The notes under the pieces are model-generated. The model was not told where the DNA came from, did no database searches, and saw nothing but the letters and a program-made list of their open reading frames with translations. Both the position numbers and the translations under genes were made by a program. A DNA stretch of 64,000 nt from Phycisphaerae bacterium (GTDB lineage: Bacteria; Planctomycetota; Phycisphaerae; UBA1845), in NCBI GenBank assembly GCA_963666835.2, contig CAXXGO010000001.1, positions 736,001 through 800,000 of the forward strand, in the 5' to 3' direction. Position 1 is the first letter of the stretch. Every line of letters starts with the position of its first letter. Positions 40,127-49,963 of this stretch are shown one piece after another.

Positions 40127-40945
40127 TCATGTAAGGTAAGGCCAGAGGGTCTGGACCGTGCCCTGGGCAACGACTGAGCCCAACCAAGTGAACGGGAAGA
40201 CGAGTGGGATCAAAAGACCCGCCAACCATCGGGGGCGATTGCGGATGAGCAACACCGTTGCCAGAACCGCCCACCACCAATAGAAGATGATCGTGACACC
40301 CCAATCCGGCCGGATAAGGCTGCTCGGATTCAACGGCCAGACGAAGGTCGTATCGGACAGCGAGGAGACTAAGGGGGGGGCCTCAACGAACGTCCAACCT
40401 GCAACGAAGCAGGTCGAGTAGAAGGATACGATGAGCCACAGGCGGAATCGGGCGTACCAGCGCGGCGAATCGGCAGACTGTCTGAAGCACAAGGTGGCGA
40501 AGACCAGCGACTGCGCCAGTATTACCGCGGATACCGGCAGCACTGCAGTCGCAGCTTCTATAAGCAGATTCCCCCATGCATCTAGGTACCACTGAGCCAC
40601 GCTCAGACAACACAACACCGCCACGATCAGACTCGGCCAGATCGCTTCGTCGGTGCGCACCTGCCGGGCGAAGCGCCACGGAGTGAATAGCATCACCATA
40701 ACGGTCATGAGCGTCTGATCGACCTTCCGCCGACCGCGGGCTCTATGAGCGGGCGTGCCCACTCGCCGACCTTCCACGCCGCTTCGCGCCAATTCCCAGT
40801 CGATCTGACATCCGCACTCGGGGCAGACGTCCGCAGTGAGCCCCGTCAGGTTGTATCCGCACTCCACGCACCGATCGCCCGTGTCTTCCACCGGCGGGCA
40901 TGCAGAGCCCGACGTGGCCGCCGACGTATGTGGTTCTTGTGGCAT
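40127..40945 (-). CDS. Hypothetical membrane protein with double zinc ribbon
   Basis: CVECGYNLTGLTADVCPECG followed by several TM segments. Confidence 0.7.
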   Translation of the reverse strand: MPQEPHTSAATSGSACPPVEDTGDRCVECGYNLTGLTADVCPECGCQIDWELARSGVEGRRVGTPAHRARGRRKVDQTLMTVMVMLFTPWRFARQVRTDEAIWPSLIVAVLCCLSVAQWYLDAWGNLLIEAATAVLPVSAVILAQSLVFATLCFRQSADSPRWYARFRLWLIVSFYSTCFVAGWTFVEAPPLVSSLSDTTFVWPLNPSSLIRPDWGVTIIFYWWWAVLATVLLIRNRPRWLAGLLIPLVFPFTWLGSVVAQGTVQTLWPYLT

Positions 40946-41130
40946 CTATGGTGTTCTCTTCCTGACCGGTGCCGACCCTGACATACCGGCGAAGCTCGTC
41001 CTTCCTCCGAACCGTCGGAGCGATCATACCAAGTTCGGTCATCAGACAGTACCGCCGTCTTCTTCTGACTTTCTGTCGGATCAGACTCGTTCGCCTCGGG
41101 GCGAGATAGGCGGGGGAGCGGTGGTGGGAT

Positions 41131-43581
41131 TCACGATCCGATGTTTGGCGAGACGGCGGCAAGTTGCTTCGGGCCGGGGCGGTACTGAAACACCCAGGCG
41201 GGGCTGGCGGAAGTGGTTGGAACGTGCCGCGATAGACCGAAGATCCGCACGACCTCCTCCGGCTTGGCGATCCAGTAATCCCGCCATTTGTTGTCGGGGG
41301 CGAGCACGAACAGTACCCGCGGGTCGTCCACGTTGCGGCTGGTCGAGATGTTCCGCACCCAACGATCGAGCGCGGCGGGGGTCTCGGGGATCGGCAAGGT
41401 CGCAAGGCCGGTCTCGAACGTGATGTGCTCGTGGAAGTTGCTTACGAGGATCAGCTCCGGTGCGGCCTGCTCCTGAAGCCAGCTATACAAACCTGAAGCG
41501 TCTGGTGCGAAACAACGCGCCCATCGTCCGGAAGGCGCGGTTTCGCGATCGGCGGCCAGCCAGCGCTGATACGGTCGCGGCCAATCCTGTTGCACGATCC
41601 ACGCGCACGCCACTAGCATTGCAGCCCCTGCCGCAACCCGGATCGTACGCTGCGGGATCAGTAAGACCGGGGCCGCGAATAACAAGAAATACAGCGGTTT
41701 GATCGGCTGGTAATAGCGACCAAGGGCGACATAATCGAACTTATCGCCGAACACGGAAGTCGCCCCAATCAGTACCGCGAACAAGGCGAGGGCCAAACAA
41801 CCGCTCAACGATACGGCCGGGGAAGACGCGAACACCCGCAATGCCCGCCGGGTACGCGCGAAACAAAGCCCGATCGCCAGCAGCGCTGCCGGCCAGAGAG
41901 CGAACAGCCAGTGGCTGTACCAGTGGTAATCGTAAAAGCCGAACTCGGTGAAATTCCACCAAGCCTCGCCGAGCATGCCCGGCCCGAAATGGAACCCGAT
42001 CGTGTGCCCGAGGTTCAGTTGCGCCTGGGTCGAACCGGCGCCCATCACGCAGTTGAGGATTATCAAGCCGAGAATCGGCACGGCCGCCGCTGCGCTGAAC
42101 AGTGCGAACGGTCGCCAGGTCATCCGCCGCCGCCCGGCCCATTGAACAAGCAGCCAGACGCCAATCCCCAGGGGTACGAACACGCCGGCATATCGAATCC
42201 AAAACAACCCCCCGGCCAGGAGCCCGGCGAGGATGAGCCACAGAGTGGCACTGCCGGCCAACCGCCCGTCCGCGTCCAGCTTCTGCGAGAGGTCGGCGAT
42301 ACCAACGTAGGCGAGGGAGTCGTCCTCCGTGCCGCGACCTCGGCGTAGTTCTCCTCGAGCGCGAGCGTGTATTTCCGACGTAGGGCGAACGCCTCTCAGC
42401 CCCCCGTTAGTGCAGGCGGAATGGCCGGGTATTACGGGGAACCCGCCCCCGAGCCCCCCCCCGAGCCCCCCCCTTTCAAGGGGGGGAAAGCTCGAAGCGG
42501 CGGAATTACTGCACAGGTCGTCGGGGTTTGGGGGTGCAGTTTGCATCGCGGGGAATCCCCCCCTTACGCTCGTCTTAGCCGGTGAGATAGGGGCAACCGT
42601 AGTGTACGTGCTCCACGATTCCTCCCACGGCTCGCCAGTGGCGGTAGACAGGTGTTCTGCCACCGCTGATCCTCCGCGAAGGCTGCCCGATGGCCGTACA
42701 GAGGTCCGCGACGTAACGACGCTTGTTTCGAGTTCCTCCGCGAGTTCAGAGATGTCTTCCAGTTTCGGGCGGCTGGTTCTCAATGCTCCCGAGGCGCTCA
42801 GAGGAACCTCCAAAGGTCGGGCGACGCCTCTCATCCCTTCGAGCGGAGCAGGCGTGTTTGAGCCTCGACCCGGCATACTCGTGGGGATCACGGCAATCGG
42901 GGCCACCGCCGAGTGGGTGGCAGCCCGGTACGAGGTGATGCCGAGTGCGTCCGCCCCTCGAAGAAGCGCGATTCTCTCAACGGCGAGAACGGTCCCCAGC
43001 AGCGTAAACGGCAGGACTGCAACGAGGATCGCGTCCGTGCTCGGGTTAATTAGCATTGCAGCCGAGACCGAGCACGCGGCCGCCACCGCGGACAGTAACG
43101 TCCCGCAGATCCCACGCGGCACGGCGCGCTTGACCCAAGTGAACCAACCCACCAGAGCGAGCGCACACATGGCCACGCTTATCCACTGACACGCGGCGAT
43201 GGTCCCCACGCCGGTCGTTTGGCGCACGGCCCACACCATCAGCGGATAGCCGACCGGCCACTGCGTGAGGAACCCCCAGTCATATTGCCACTCCCACGGT
43301 TGCAGCGGGGCGACCGGTTGCAGGGAGGTCGGCCCCAAGCCGGCGGACATCCGTTCCGCGGCGATCAGTTGATAGCAGTAATCCGATTCAACCAGCGGGG
43401 GAATAGCCGATCGAGACGGAAGAAGGGCCAGAATGGCGAATACTACGAGAAACGCACCGCCCACCGCCCACCATCGCGAGGCGGCCAGCGGCACTTCGGT
43501 CGTCGGCCGGCTCAGGAGCGCGGCCTGGATAGCTGCTACCCGCGTGCGCGGGTTTGGAATCACGGCTTCGGCGACGGACAA
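41131..43581 (-). CDS. Probable GT-C-type membrane glycosyltransferase with a ~230-aa in-frame insertion
   Basis: ESD..Y after TM1, WPVGYP, IRYAG, GRY.QP; low-complexity segment at ~42270-42960. Confidence 0.6.
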   Translation of the reverse strand: MSVAEAVIPNPRTRVAAIQAALLSRPTTEVPLAASRWWAVGGAFLVVFAILALLPSRSAIPPLVESDYCYQLIAAERMSAGLGPTSLQPVAPLQPWEWQYDWGFLTQWPVGYPLMVWAVRQTTGVGTIAACQWISVAMCALALVGWFTWVKRAVPRGICGTLLSAVAAACSVSAAMLINPSTDAILVAVLPFTLLGTVLAVERIALLRGADALGITSYRAATHSAVAPIAVIPTSMPGRGSNTPAPLEGMRGVARPLEVPLSASGALRTSRPKLEDISELAEELETSVVTSRTSVRPSGSLRGGSAVAEHLSTATGEPWEESWSTYTTVAPISPAKTSVRGGFPAMQTAPPNPDDLCSNSAASSFPPLERGGLGGGLGGGFPVIPGHSACTNGGLRGVRPTSEIHARARGELRRGRGTEDDSLAYVGIADLSQKLDADGRLAGSATLWLILAGLLAGGLFWIRYAGVFVPLGIGVWLLVQWAGRRRMTWRPFALFSAAAAVPILGLIILNCVMGAGSTQAQLNLGHTIGFHFGPGMLGEAWWNFTEFGFYDYHWYSHWLFALWPAALLAIGLCFARTRRALRVFASSPAVSLSGCLALALFAVLIGATSVFGDKFDYVALGRYYQPIKPLYFLLFAAPVLLIPQRTIRVAAGAAMLVACAWIVQQDWPRPYQRWLAADRETAPSGRWARCFAPDASGLYSWLQEQAAPELILVSNFHEHITFETGLATLPIPETPAALDRWVRNISTSRNVDDPRVLFVLAPDNKWRDYWIAKPEEVVRIFGLSRHVPTTSASPAWVFQYRPGPKQLAAVSPNIGS

Positions 43582-43754
43582 CGCAGATCCTCTGGGGCGA
43601 ACGGGCGGTCGCTTCGCACAGACCGCGACCTCAGCGGTCCATTATCGGTCCTATCGGCGGATTCGACGGCCGGATTAAGAGGACCGCAGCTCGCAACGGG
43701 GAATCATTTCAAGCCGGGCGCCCCCGTCACCGACGTAATTATGGGAACTGCGCC

Positions 43755-45053
43755 ATGAAACTGACTATCGTCATTCCGGCCTTCAACGAAGAGGACGCGA
43801 TCGGCTCGATCATCGAGCGCTGCCAAGCGGCGCGCCCGCAGATCGTGGCCGAGTCGCCGGTGGACGACGTCGAGATCATCGTGGTCAGCGACGGCTCGAC
43901 CGATCGCACCGTCGAAATCGCCTCCGGTTACGATCAGGCCAAGCTGATCGTATTCGAGAAGAACCGCGGTTACGGCGCGGCCATCAAACGCGGGTTCGAG
44001 GAGGGCGAGGGCGACTTGGTAGCGTTTCTCGATGCGGACGGCACGTGCGATCCGGCTTTCTTCGCCACGTTGTGTCGGGCAATTATCGACGAGAACGCCT
44101 CGGTGGCTATCGGGTCGCGGATGGGGCCGCAGAGTTCCATGCCCCGGCTTCGCCGGCTCGGTAATCGGGTTTACGCGTTGATCCTGTCCGCGCTGAGCAA
44201 CCGAGTTGTGACCGACACGGCCAGCGGGATGCGGGTGATCCGCCGCGAGGCTTTGCCGAGTCTGTATCCGCTGCCGGATGGCTTGCATTTTACGCCGGCG
44301 ATGAGTGCTCGAGTGCTGATGGATGACTCCCTGACGATCGTCGAGCGACCGATGCCCTACGAAGAGCGGATCGGCGAGTCGAAATTGCACGTGGTTCGGG
44401 ACGGGGTACGGTTCCTCAATACTATTCTCGAAATGACCCTCATGTGGCGGCCGGCGCGCATGTTCACCGCTGTCGCCGCGGTCTGTTTGGCGCTGACGGT
44501 TCTGCTGGCCAGCCACCCGTTCGAGATGTGGCTCCGCGTGCAACGGCTTCAAGAGGACATGATCTATCGCCTGCTCTTCTGTGCGTTGCTCGGGATGTTC
44601 GGTGTCGCCATGTTGTCAGCCGGAGTTGTCGCCGACCATCTGCGCCGGTTCCTCAGTGAAGAGTCGAGCCCGCGCACTTTTGTCGCGTCTGTATTGGACA
44701 AGGTGTATACTTTTCGCGGGTTCGCGGTTACCACGGTGGTCAGCCTGCCGGTGCTCGGCTGGCTGGTCGGGCGGGGCGTGTGGACCCGAATTACAGACGG
44801 ATTCGTCGACCTGCACTGGTCTCGGGTGGTGCTGGCCGGAGTTATCGCATTCAGCCTGGGGCAGATGCTGATTACCGTTCTCACCGCCAATCTCCTGCGG
44901 TTCCACGCCGCCCGGAGGGTAACCGGCACGGTTCGCAAGACCGCCCGCCGGTCCGCCGTCGCGATCGCAGCGCCCCGCCAGCCGGATCCACACCGTTCCG
45001 CCGAGCCCGTCGGCGTTACTTCCGGCGTTTCTGCCGGCGTTTCCGCAATCTAG
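43755..45053 (+). CDS. Glycosyltransferase family 2 with C-terminal TM region
   Basis: IVIPAFNEE, SDGSTD, NRGYGAAIK, FLDADG, DTASGMR, ERIGESKL. Confidence 0.9.
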   Translation: MKLTIVIPAFNEEDAIGSIIERCQAARPQIVAESPVDDVEIIVVSDGSTDRTVEIASGYDQAKLIVFEKNRGYGAAIKRGFEEGEGDLVAFLDADGTCDPAFFATLCRAIIDENASVAIGSRMGPQSSMPRLRRLGNRVYALILSALSNRVVTDTASGMRVIRREALPSLYPLPDGLHFTPAMSARVLMDDSLTIVERPMPYEERIGESKLHVVRDGVRFLNTILEMTLMWRPARMFTAVAAVCLALTVLLASHPFEMWLRVQRLQEDMIYRLLFCALLGMFGVAMLSAGVVADHLRRFLSEESSPRTFVASVLDKVYTFRGFAVTTVVSLPVLGWLVGRGVWTRITDGFVDLHWSRVVLAGVIAFSLGQMLITVLTANLLRFHAARRVTGTVRKTARRSAVAIAAPRQPDPHRSAEPVGVTSGVSAGVSAI

Positions 45054-45085
45054 CTCCGTTTCCAGAAAGGTAGTCGCGTTTCTGC

Positions 45086-45206
45086 CTCCCCTCCTTACCA
45101 AGGAGGGGCCGGGGGAGGTTATTTCGTCCGGGGGAGTCGTTCACCCGTTCGAAGTCTCGCGCCGCCCCGCAGACCCCCCTCAATCCCCCCTTGTTAAGGG
45201 GGGAGG
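45086..45206. repeat. Inverted pair of CCCC-TT-N2/4-AA-GGGG palindromes
   Basis: CCCCTCCTTACCAAGGAGGGG and CCCCCCTTGTTAAGGGGGG. Confidence 0.7.
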
Positions 45207-45327
45207 ATCCAAGTTTGATTGCCCGGGCGGATTCTTGCACAATACGGCGGTTATCGAAGAGCGGATTCCCCCGCGCCGGCGCGTGGCGGGCTCCGCGGTG
45301 CATCGCAACCGAACGGAATCCTCAACG

Positions 45328-46491
45328 ATGAAGGTACACGAGTATCAGGCAAGAGCGTTGCTGGCCGAGGCCGGCGTTCCCGTTCCCCCCTCGAAGGTTG
45401 TCGAAACGGCCGACGACGCCGTCGCGGCTTTCAATGAGATCGGCGGGCAGGTAGTGGTTAAGGCCCAGGTGTTTGCCGGGGGCCGCGGTAAGGCCGGGTT
45501 CGTCAAGCTGTGCGATTCCGCCGACGCAGTTCGCGAGGCCGCCACGTTCATGCTCTCCAACCGGATGGTCTCGGTCCAGACCGGGGCGGAGGGTATCCCG
45601 GTGAAGAAGATCCTGGTTGCCTCCGCCGTCGATATCGACAGCGAATATTACGTAGCCGTGGTCGTGGACCGGGCGAAACGAGCCCCGGTCGTGATGGTCT
45701 CGCAAGAGGGCGGGGTCGAGATCGAGGTCGTGGCCAAGGAACGTCCCGAGGCCATCCACAAACGCTGGCTCCATCCACATCTGGGGCTGCTGGACTTTCA
45801 GTGTACACAGTTGGTTACCGCCCTGGGCTTTACCAACAAGGAGCAGGGCAAGGCGGCCGCGAGGGTGATCCGCGGGCTCGTGGATGTAGCGCAGAAATAC
45901 GACTGCTCGCTGGCCGAGATCAACCCGCTGGTGCGCACACCGACCGGCGAGGTTCTGGCGATCGACGCCAAGATGAACTTCGACGACAACGCGGTCTTCC
46001 GCCACAAGCGGCTCCAGGAGATGTTCGACCCGACGGAAGAGAACCCGATGGAGTTGCGGGCCAAGGACCACAACCTGTCTTACATTGCGCTGGACGGGAA
46101 CATCGGCTGTTTGGTCAACGGGGCCGGGCTGGCGATGGCCACCATGGACCTGATCAAGCTGCATGGTGGTGAGCCGGCTAACTTCCTCGACGTCGGTGGA
46201 TCGGTGACCGCCCAAGAGGCCACCGAGGCGTTCCGCATCATTCTGTCAGACGATAAGGTCAAGGGCATTCTGGTGAACATCTTCGGTGGGATCGCCAAAT
46301 GTGACACGATCGCCGAGGCCTTGATCGCCGCGGCCGAGGAGGTCGGATTCACCGTCCCGGTGGTCGTGCGCCTGGAGGGAACCAACGTCGAACGCGCCCG
46401 CGAACTGCTGGCCAAGGCGTCTATCCCGCAACTGATCCCCGCCGAGGACTTAACCGACGCGGCGAAGAAGGTGTGCTCTAAGGTGGCGTGA
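45328..46491 (+). CDS. sucC: Succinyl-CoA synthetase beta subunit
   Basis: MKVHEYQA, KAQV.AGGRGKAG, EINPL, NGAGLAMATMD, NFLDVGG, VVRLEGTN. Confidence 0.96.
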   Translation: MKVHEYQARALLAEAGVPVPPSKVVETADDAVAAFNEIGGQVVVKAQVFAGGRGKAGFVKLCDSADAVREAATFMLSNRMVSVQTGAEGIPVKKILVASAVDIDSEYYVAVVVDRAKRAPVVMVSQEGGVEIEVVAKERPEAIHKRWLHPHLGLLDFQCTQLVTALGFTNKEQGKAAARVIRGLVDVAQKYDCSLAEINPLVRTPTGEVLAIDAKMNFDDNAVFRHKRLQEMFDPTEENPMELRAKDHNLSYIALDGNIGCLVNGAGLAMATMDLIKLHGGEPANFLDVGGSVTAQEATEAFRIILSDDKVKGILVNIFGGIAKCDTIAEALIAAAEEVGFTVPVVVRLEGTNVERARELLAKASIPQLIPAEDLTDAAKKVCSKVA

Positions 46492-46583
46492 CGGCGCCGG
46501 GGATGATCACGCAAGTGTGGACCGCGGCACCCGCGCGACGGTTTTCGCACCAATGTCCATCCTCCAATCTCCAGAGGGGGATC

Positions 46584-47384
46584 CTACGGCGTATCAGCCG
46601 CGATGATCTCGGTTATGTGCTGCGGCAATGGCATAATCACCTGGTATTCTTCGCCTGTTCGCGTGTCGGTGACCGACGCACACGCCAGCCCAAACGTGTA
46701 CCATCGCGCATCCTCTGCCTTCCCGGTTGGGCTGACCATCATCTTGGCCGGGCTCCCGGATACGAAATCGGGAGACGAGGGCTGGACGACCACGATATCA
46801 TTGGGCAGGTTGATGCCGCGGATTTCTTTCCAGTTTGGTCGTTCAACCACACGAAAGACCAACGGATCGGTTGCCGGGAACGCCGGCGCCACAAGGACAA
46901 TCTCGCCGGGCTTTGGACGAAGAGTCGGGTCGACGTATCTGTCCCACTCGCTGACGGCGCAGCCTTCGTAAAGCTGAATCAGTGCAAAATCACCGCCCTG
47001 CGGGTCGATTGGTATGTGTTCTTGCAGTCTGCCGGCCATCCAGACGTCTCGACAATTAATCCGGGCGACGGTGCCGGGCAACGGTACCGGGGCAAACCCA
47101 AAACCAGCGTTTGCGCCTACAATGGGCGTTTTGAAGCAATGCGCGGCTGTTACTACGGCGTGAGGTGCCACCGGGAATCCAGGGCAAATCTCGCTGTCAC
47201 CGGACTTTGGAGGGCCAAGCACCTGTCCCGCTACGAATCCGAAATCCAGCGGTTTACCGAAGTAGTCACTCGCCCTGGGCGCGTAGACATGGGATGGGGC
47301 AGCGCACCCCATTGAGAAAAGTCCCCATCCCGCCACGACGAACAACCTCAGACTTGGGCGAAGGCTCGCACTGATCTTCATCAT
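46584..47384 (-). CDS. Trypsin-like serine protease lipoprotein (paralog 1)
   Basis: SMGC lipobox; VVTAAHCF, DFALI, SGSP. Confidence 0.65.
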   Translation of the reverse strand: MMKISASLRPSLRLFVVAGWGLFSMGCAAPSHVYAPRASDYFGKPLDFGFVAGQVLGPPKSGDSEICPGFPVAPHAVVTAAHCFKTPIVGANAGFGFAPVPLPGTVARINCRDVWMAGRLQEHIPIDPQGGDFALIQLYEGCAVSEWDRYVDPTLRPKPGEIVLVAPAFPATDPLVFRVVERPNWKEIRGINLPNDIVVVQPSSPDFVSGSPAKMMVSPTGKAEDARWYTFGLACASVTDTRTGEEYQVIMPLPQHITEIIAADTP

Positions 47385-47403
47385 CTAATCTCCAAAGGGG
47401 ATC

Positions 47404-48213
47404 CTACGGCGTATCAGCCGCGATGATCTCGGTGATGTGCTCCGGCAGCGGCACGATTACCATGTGCTCTTCACCAGTTCGGGCGTTGGTGACACCCGCG
47501 CACGCCAATCCAAACGTGTACCACCGCGCATCCTCCGCCTTGCCGGTGGTGCTGACCATCATCTTCGCCGGGCTCCCGGATGCGAAATCGGGAGACGAGG
47601 GGTGAACGACCACGATATCGTCGGGTAGGTCGATGCCGCGGATCTCTCCCCACTCGGGTCGTTCAACAACACGAAAGACCAATGGATCAGTGTCCGGTGG
47701 CGCCGGCCCCACAAGGACAATCTCGCCGGGCTTCGGCCGAAGAGTCGGATCGATATACCTGTCCCACTTGCTCACGGCGCAGCCGTCGTAAAGCCGAATC
47801 AGCGCGAAATCACCCGCTTGCGGATCGATCGGAACATGTTCTTCCAGTTTGCCGGCCATCCAGACATCTCGACAGTCCATCCGCGTAACGGTGCCGGGCA
47901 CGAGCGTCGGCACCGGCGCTAACCCAAAACCAACACTCTCGCCGACTCCCGTTGGCGGCCTGAAACAGTGACCGGCCGTTACTACGGTGTGGGGTGCTAC
48001 GGGGAACCCCGGGAAGTACCGGCTATAACCGGGCGTCAAACCGCGAGCCAAGTGCCCGGTGACAAACCCGAAATCCAATTGCCTGCCGAAGTAGTCACTC
48101 GCCCGAGGCGTCTGGACACGGGATGGAGCAACGCACCCCATCAAGAAGAGTGGCCATGCCGCTACAACGAACAACCTCAGGCTTGGGCGAAGGCTCGCAC
48201 CAATCTTCATCAT
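47404..48213 (-). CDS. Trypsin-like serine protease lipoprotein (paralog 2)
   Basis: LMGC lipobox; VVTAGHCF, DFALI, SGSP. Confidence 0.65.
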   Translation of the reverse strand: MMKIGASLRPSLRLFVVAAWPLFLMGCVAPSRVQTPRASDYFGRQLDFGFVTGHLARGLTPGYSRYFPGFPVAPHTVVTAGHCFRPPTGVGESVGFGLAPVPTLVPGTVTRMDCRDVWMAGKLEEHVPIDPQAGDFALIRLYDGCAVSKWDRYIDPTLRPKPGEIVLVGPAPPDTDPLVFRVVERPEWGEIRGIDLPDDIVVVHPSSPDFASGSPAKMMVSTTGKAEDARWYTFGLACAGVTNARTGEEHMVIVPLPEHITEIIAADTP

Positions 48214-48441
48214 CTAATCTCCAAAGCAAGACCGAACGTTATGCATCTTCATCGTTCCCGGAGCCTATCCAACGGCCCCGAGCACTCTTGGCGGCGGGTA
48301 GCCAAGCGGGGCCGCGGCTGAGAGTAGCGGGCCGGCGAGCGGGGGGAGCACGATCGCCCCCTCCGCTCACGCAGCTCCGGCTGGTTAAGCCCACCATGTC
48401 CATCGCGCGCAGATGACATGGGTTATTGCCATCTTATGCAA

Positions 48442-49110
48442 CTACTCGATACCCGATTCGCTGAACCGCTGGACGGGCACGCCGTTCAGCGACAGATAGT
48501 CGCCCTCGAGTCCTACGCGGACAACCTCGCCCGCGAAGTCCGCCGCGGCGCCCGCAAGCTCGACGGCGCCCTCGGGCATGTCGGCCAAATCGATGTTGAT
48601 CGCCAGAGCGCCGGCGATCTTCATGGCCTTGAGTCCATCCATGGCCGGACCGTCGAACGAGATCACCGTATCCTCGCCGTTGGTCCAAACCACGGTGACA
48701 CCCGCGGTCTCCTGAAGCTCGGCGGCAGTCTCAGCGTCCAGTTCGAACGGGAGGGTTGCCTCGTAGCCGATGCGGTCCAGCTCATCGAGTTTGTTGGTTA
48801 AAGTGAAGCCCTCGGCGGCCATCTCGAAATCTAGATAGAGGAGGTTGAGCGACCCCGTCAAGGGCGGAGCGACGGGCTCGCACTGGGGAGGAAGGTCGCC
48901 CCAAGGGATCGGCGGACCCATCTCCGGATCCTCAGGTGGCACGGTGTTGGGAGGATAGTCCCTGCCGAACTCGACCCCGGCTTCGTTTCCTTGGGCATCT
49001 CTGATATACGCTTTGGCGTGAGAACCCTGTATGCAACCGCTCATCGGGACCGTGATAACGAGCAGCATCAGAACGGACACTGCCTTACGAATGGTGTTCT
49101 TCTTCAACAT
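48442..49110 (-). CDS. Hypothetical acidic lipoprotein
   Basis: MLKKNTIRK, hydrophobic core, MSGC lipobox, Pro-rich linker. Confidence 0.65.
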   Translation of the reverse strand: MLKKNTIRKAVSVLMLLVITVPMSGCIQGSHAKAYIRDAQGNEAGVEFGRDYPPNTVPPEDPEMGPPIPWGDLPPQCEPVAPPLTGSLNLLYLDFEMAAEGFTLTNKLDELDRIGYEATLPFELDAETAAELQETAGVTVVWTNGEDTVISFDGPAMDGLKAMKIAGALAINIDLADMPEGAVELAGAAADFAGEVVRVGLEGDYLSLNGVPVQRFSESGIE

Positions 49111-49963
49111 AATCCTACTCTCTTCACTTGAAGTCTGGTAAACTTGAAATGCTTTGTGGTCACCTGCGGCGGTGCCTGCCGGCAACGGCAACACCGTCGT
49201 GGGTGCTAATTCAGCCCGGTTTGTCTTAACGCGTGCCCTCGCCGCGGCGGCCCGCGACAACGAGTTTGATGTTGCCTCATGAGCAGTCCTTCTCCGTCCG
49301 CTGTGTCAGAACCGACACGCTCTCACCTGCTGTGGCAGGTACACCTCGCTCTTCTTCGTATTGCGGCGATGCTCGTCTGCACCTCGCCCGCTACGGCCGG
49401 ATCGTCCCTTCTGCCAGCCGCTGCTATCGATTCAGAAGCAACGCCGCCCATCTCGCCGAATGAGGTTGGCGCCGGCCCGAAACGCGTCGCGCACCTATAG
49501 AAGAAGCGCAAACAGATAACGACCGTGAAATGTCACAGATCACGTCTCCTTTCCGCGCTGCGAGCTGCGTCGTGCCCCAGCACATCCGTCCGAACCCGAT
49601 GAAATGCCCATTGCGAAGGATCGGCTCCGTGGAGTGCCTTACAGCCTCCAACGCTGTGACCCTTCGCATGAGGGTGCGTCGAATCCTACTGCGTTCATCG
49701 CTGGCATGTCAAGTCCCTCTATGGAATTTCTCTGGGGCGTACCGCCACATGTGATATGTTCTATTCGTAGGACAGAACTAGTGTTATGTAGGCTGTTCAG
49801 TTGAATTCGGGAGCAAGGGGCCCATTGTTTGGAGAGTCGCTGCGGATCAGTACTGCGACTGTGAGGCAGAAACCGTGGTCTGCATCCCCCATCTCTGAAG
49901 GGCCTGTCGGTTTAGTCGCAGCAGACGGAGTATGGGTGAGCGATCTCCGTGCGGCTCGCGCTG

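Noticed and set aside
49111..49960. Riboswitch or ncRNA in the long intergenic region
   Set aside because: No recognisable aptamer consensus by eye; an Rfam search would be needed
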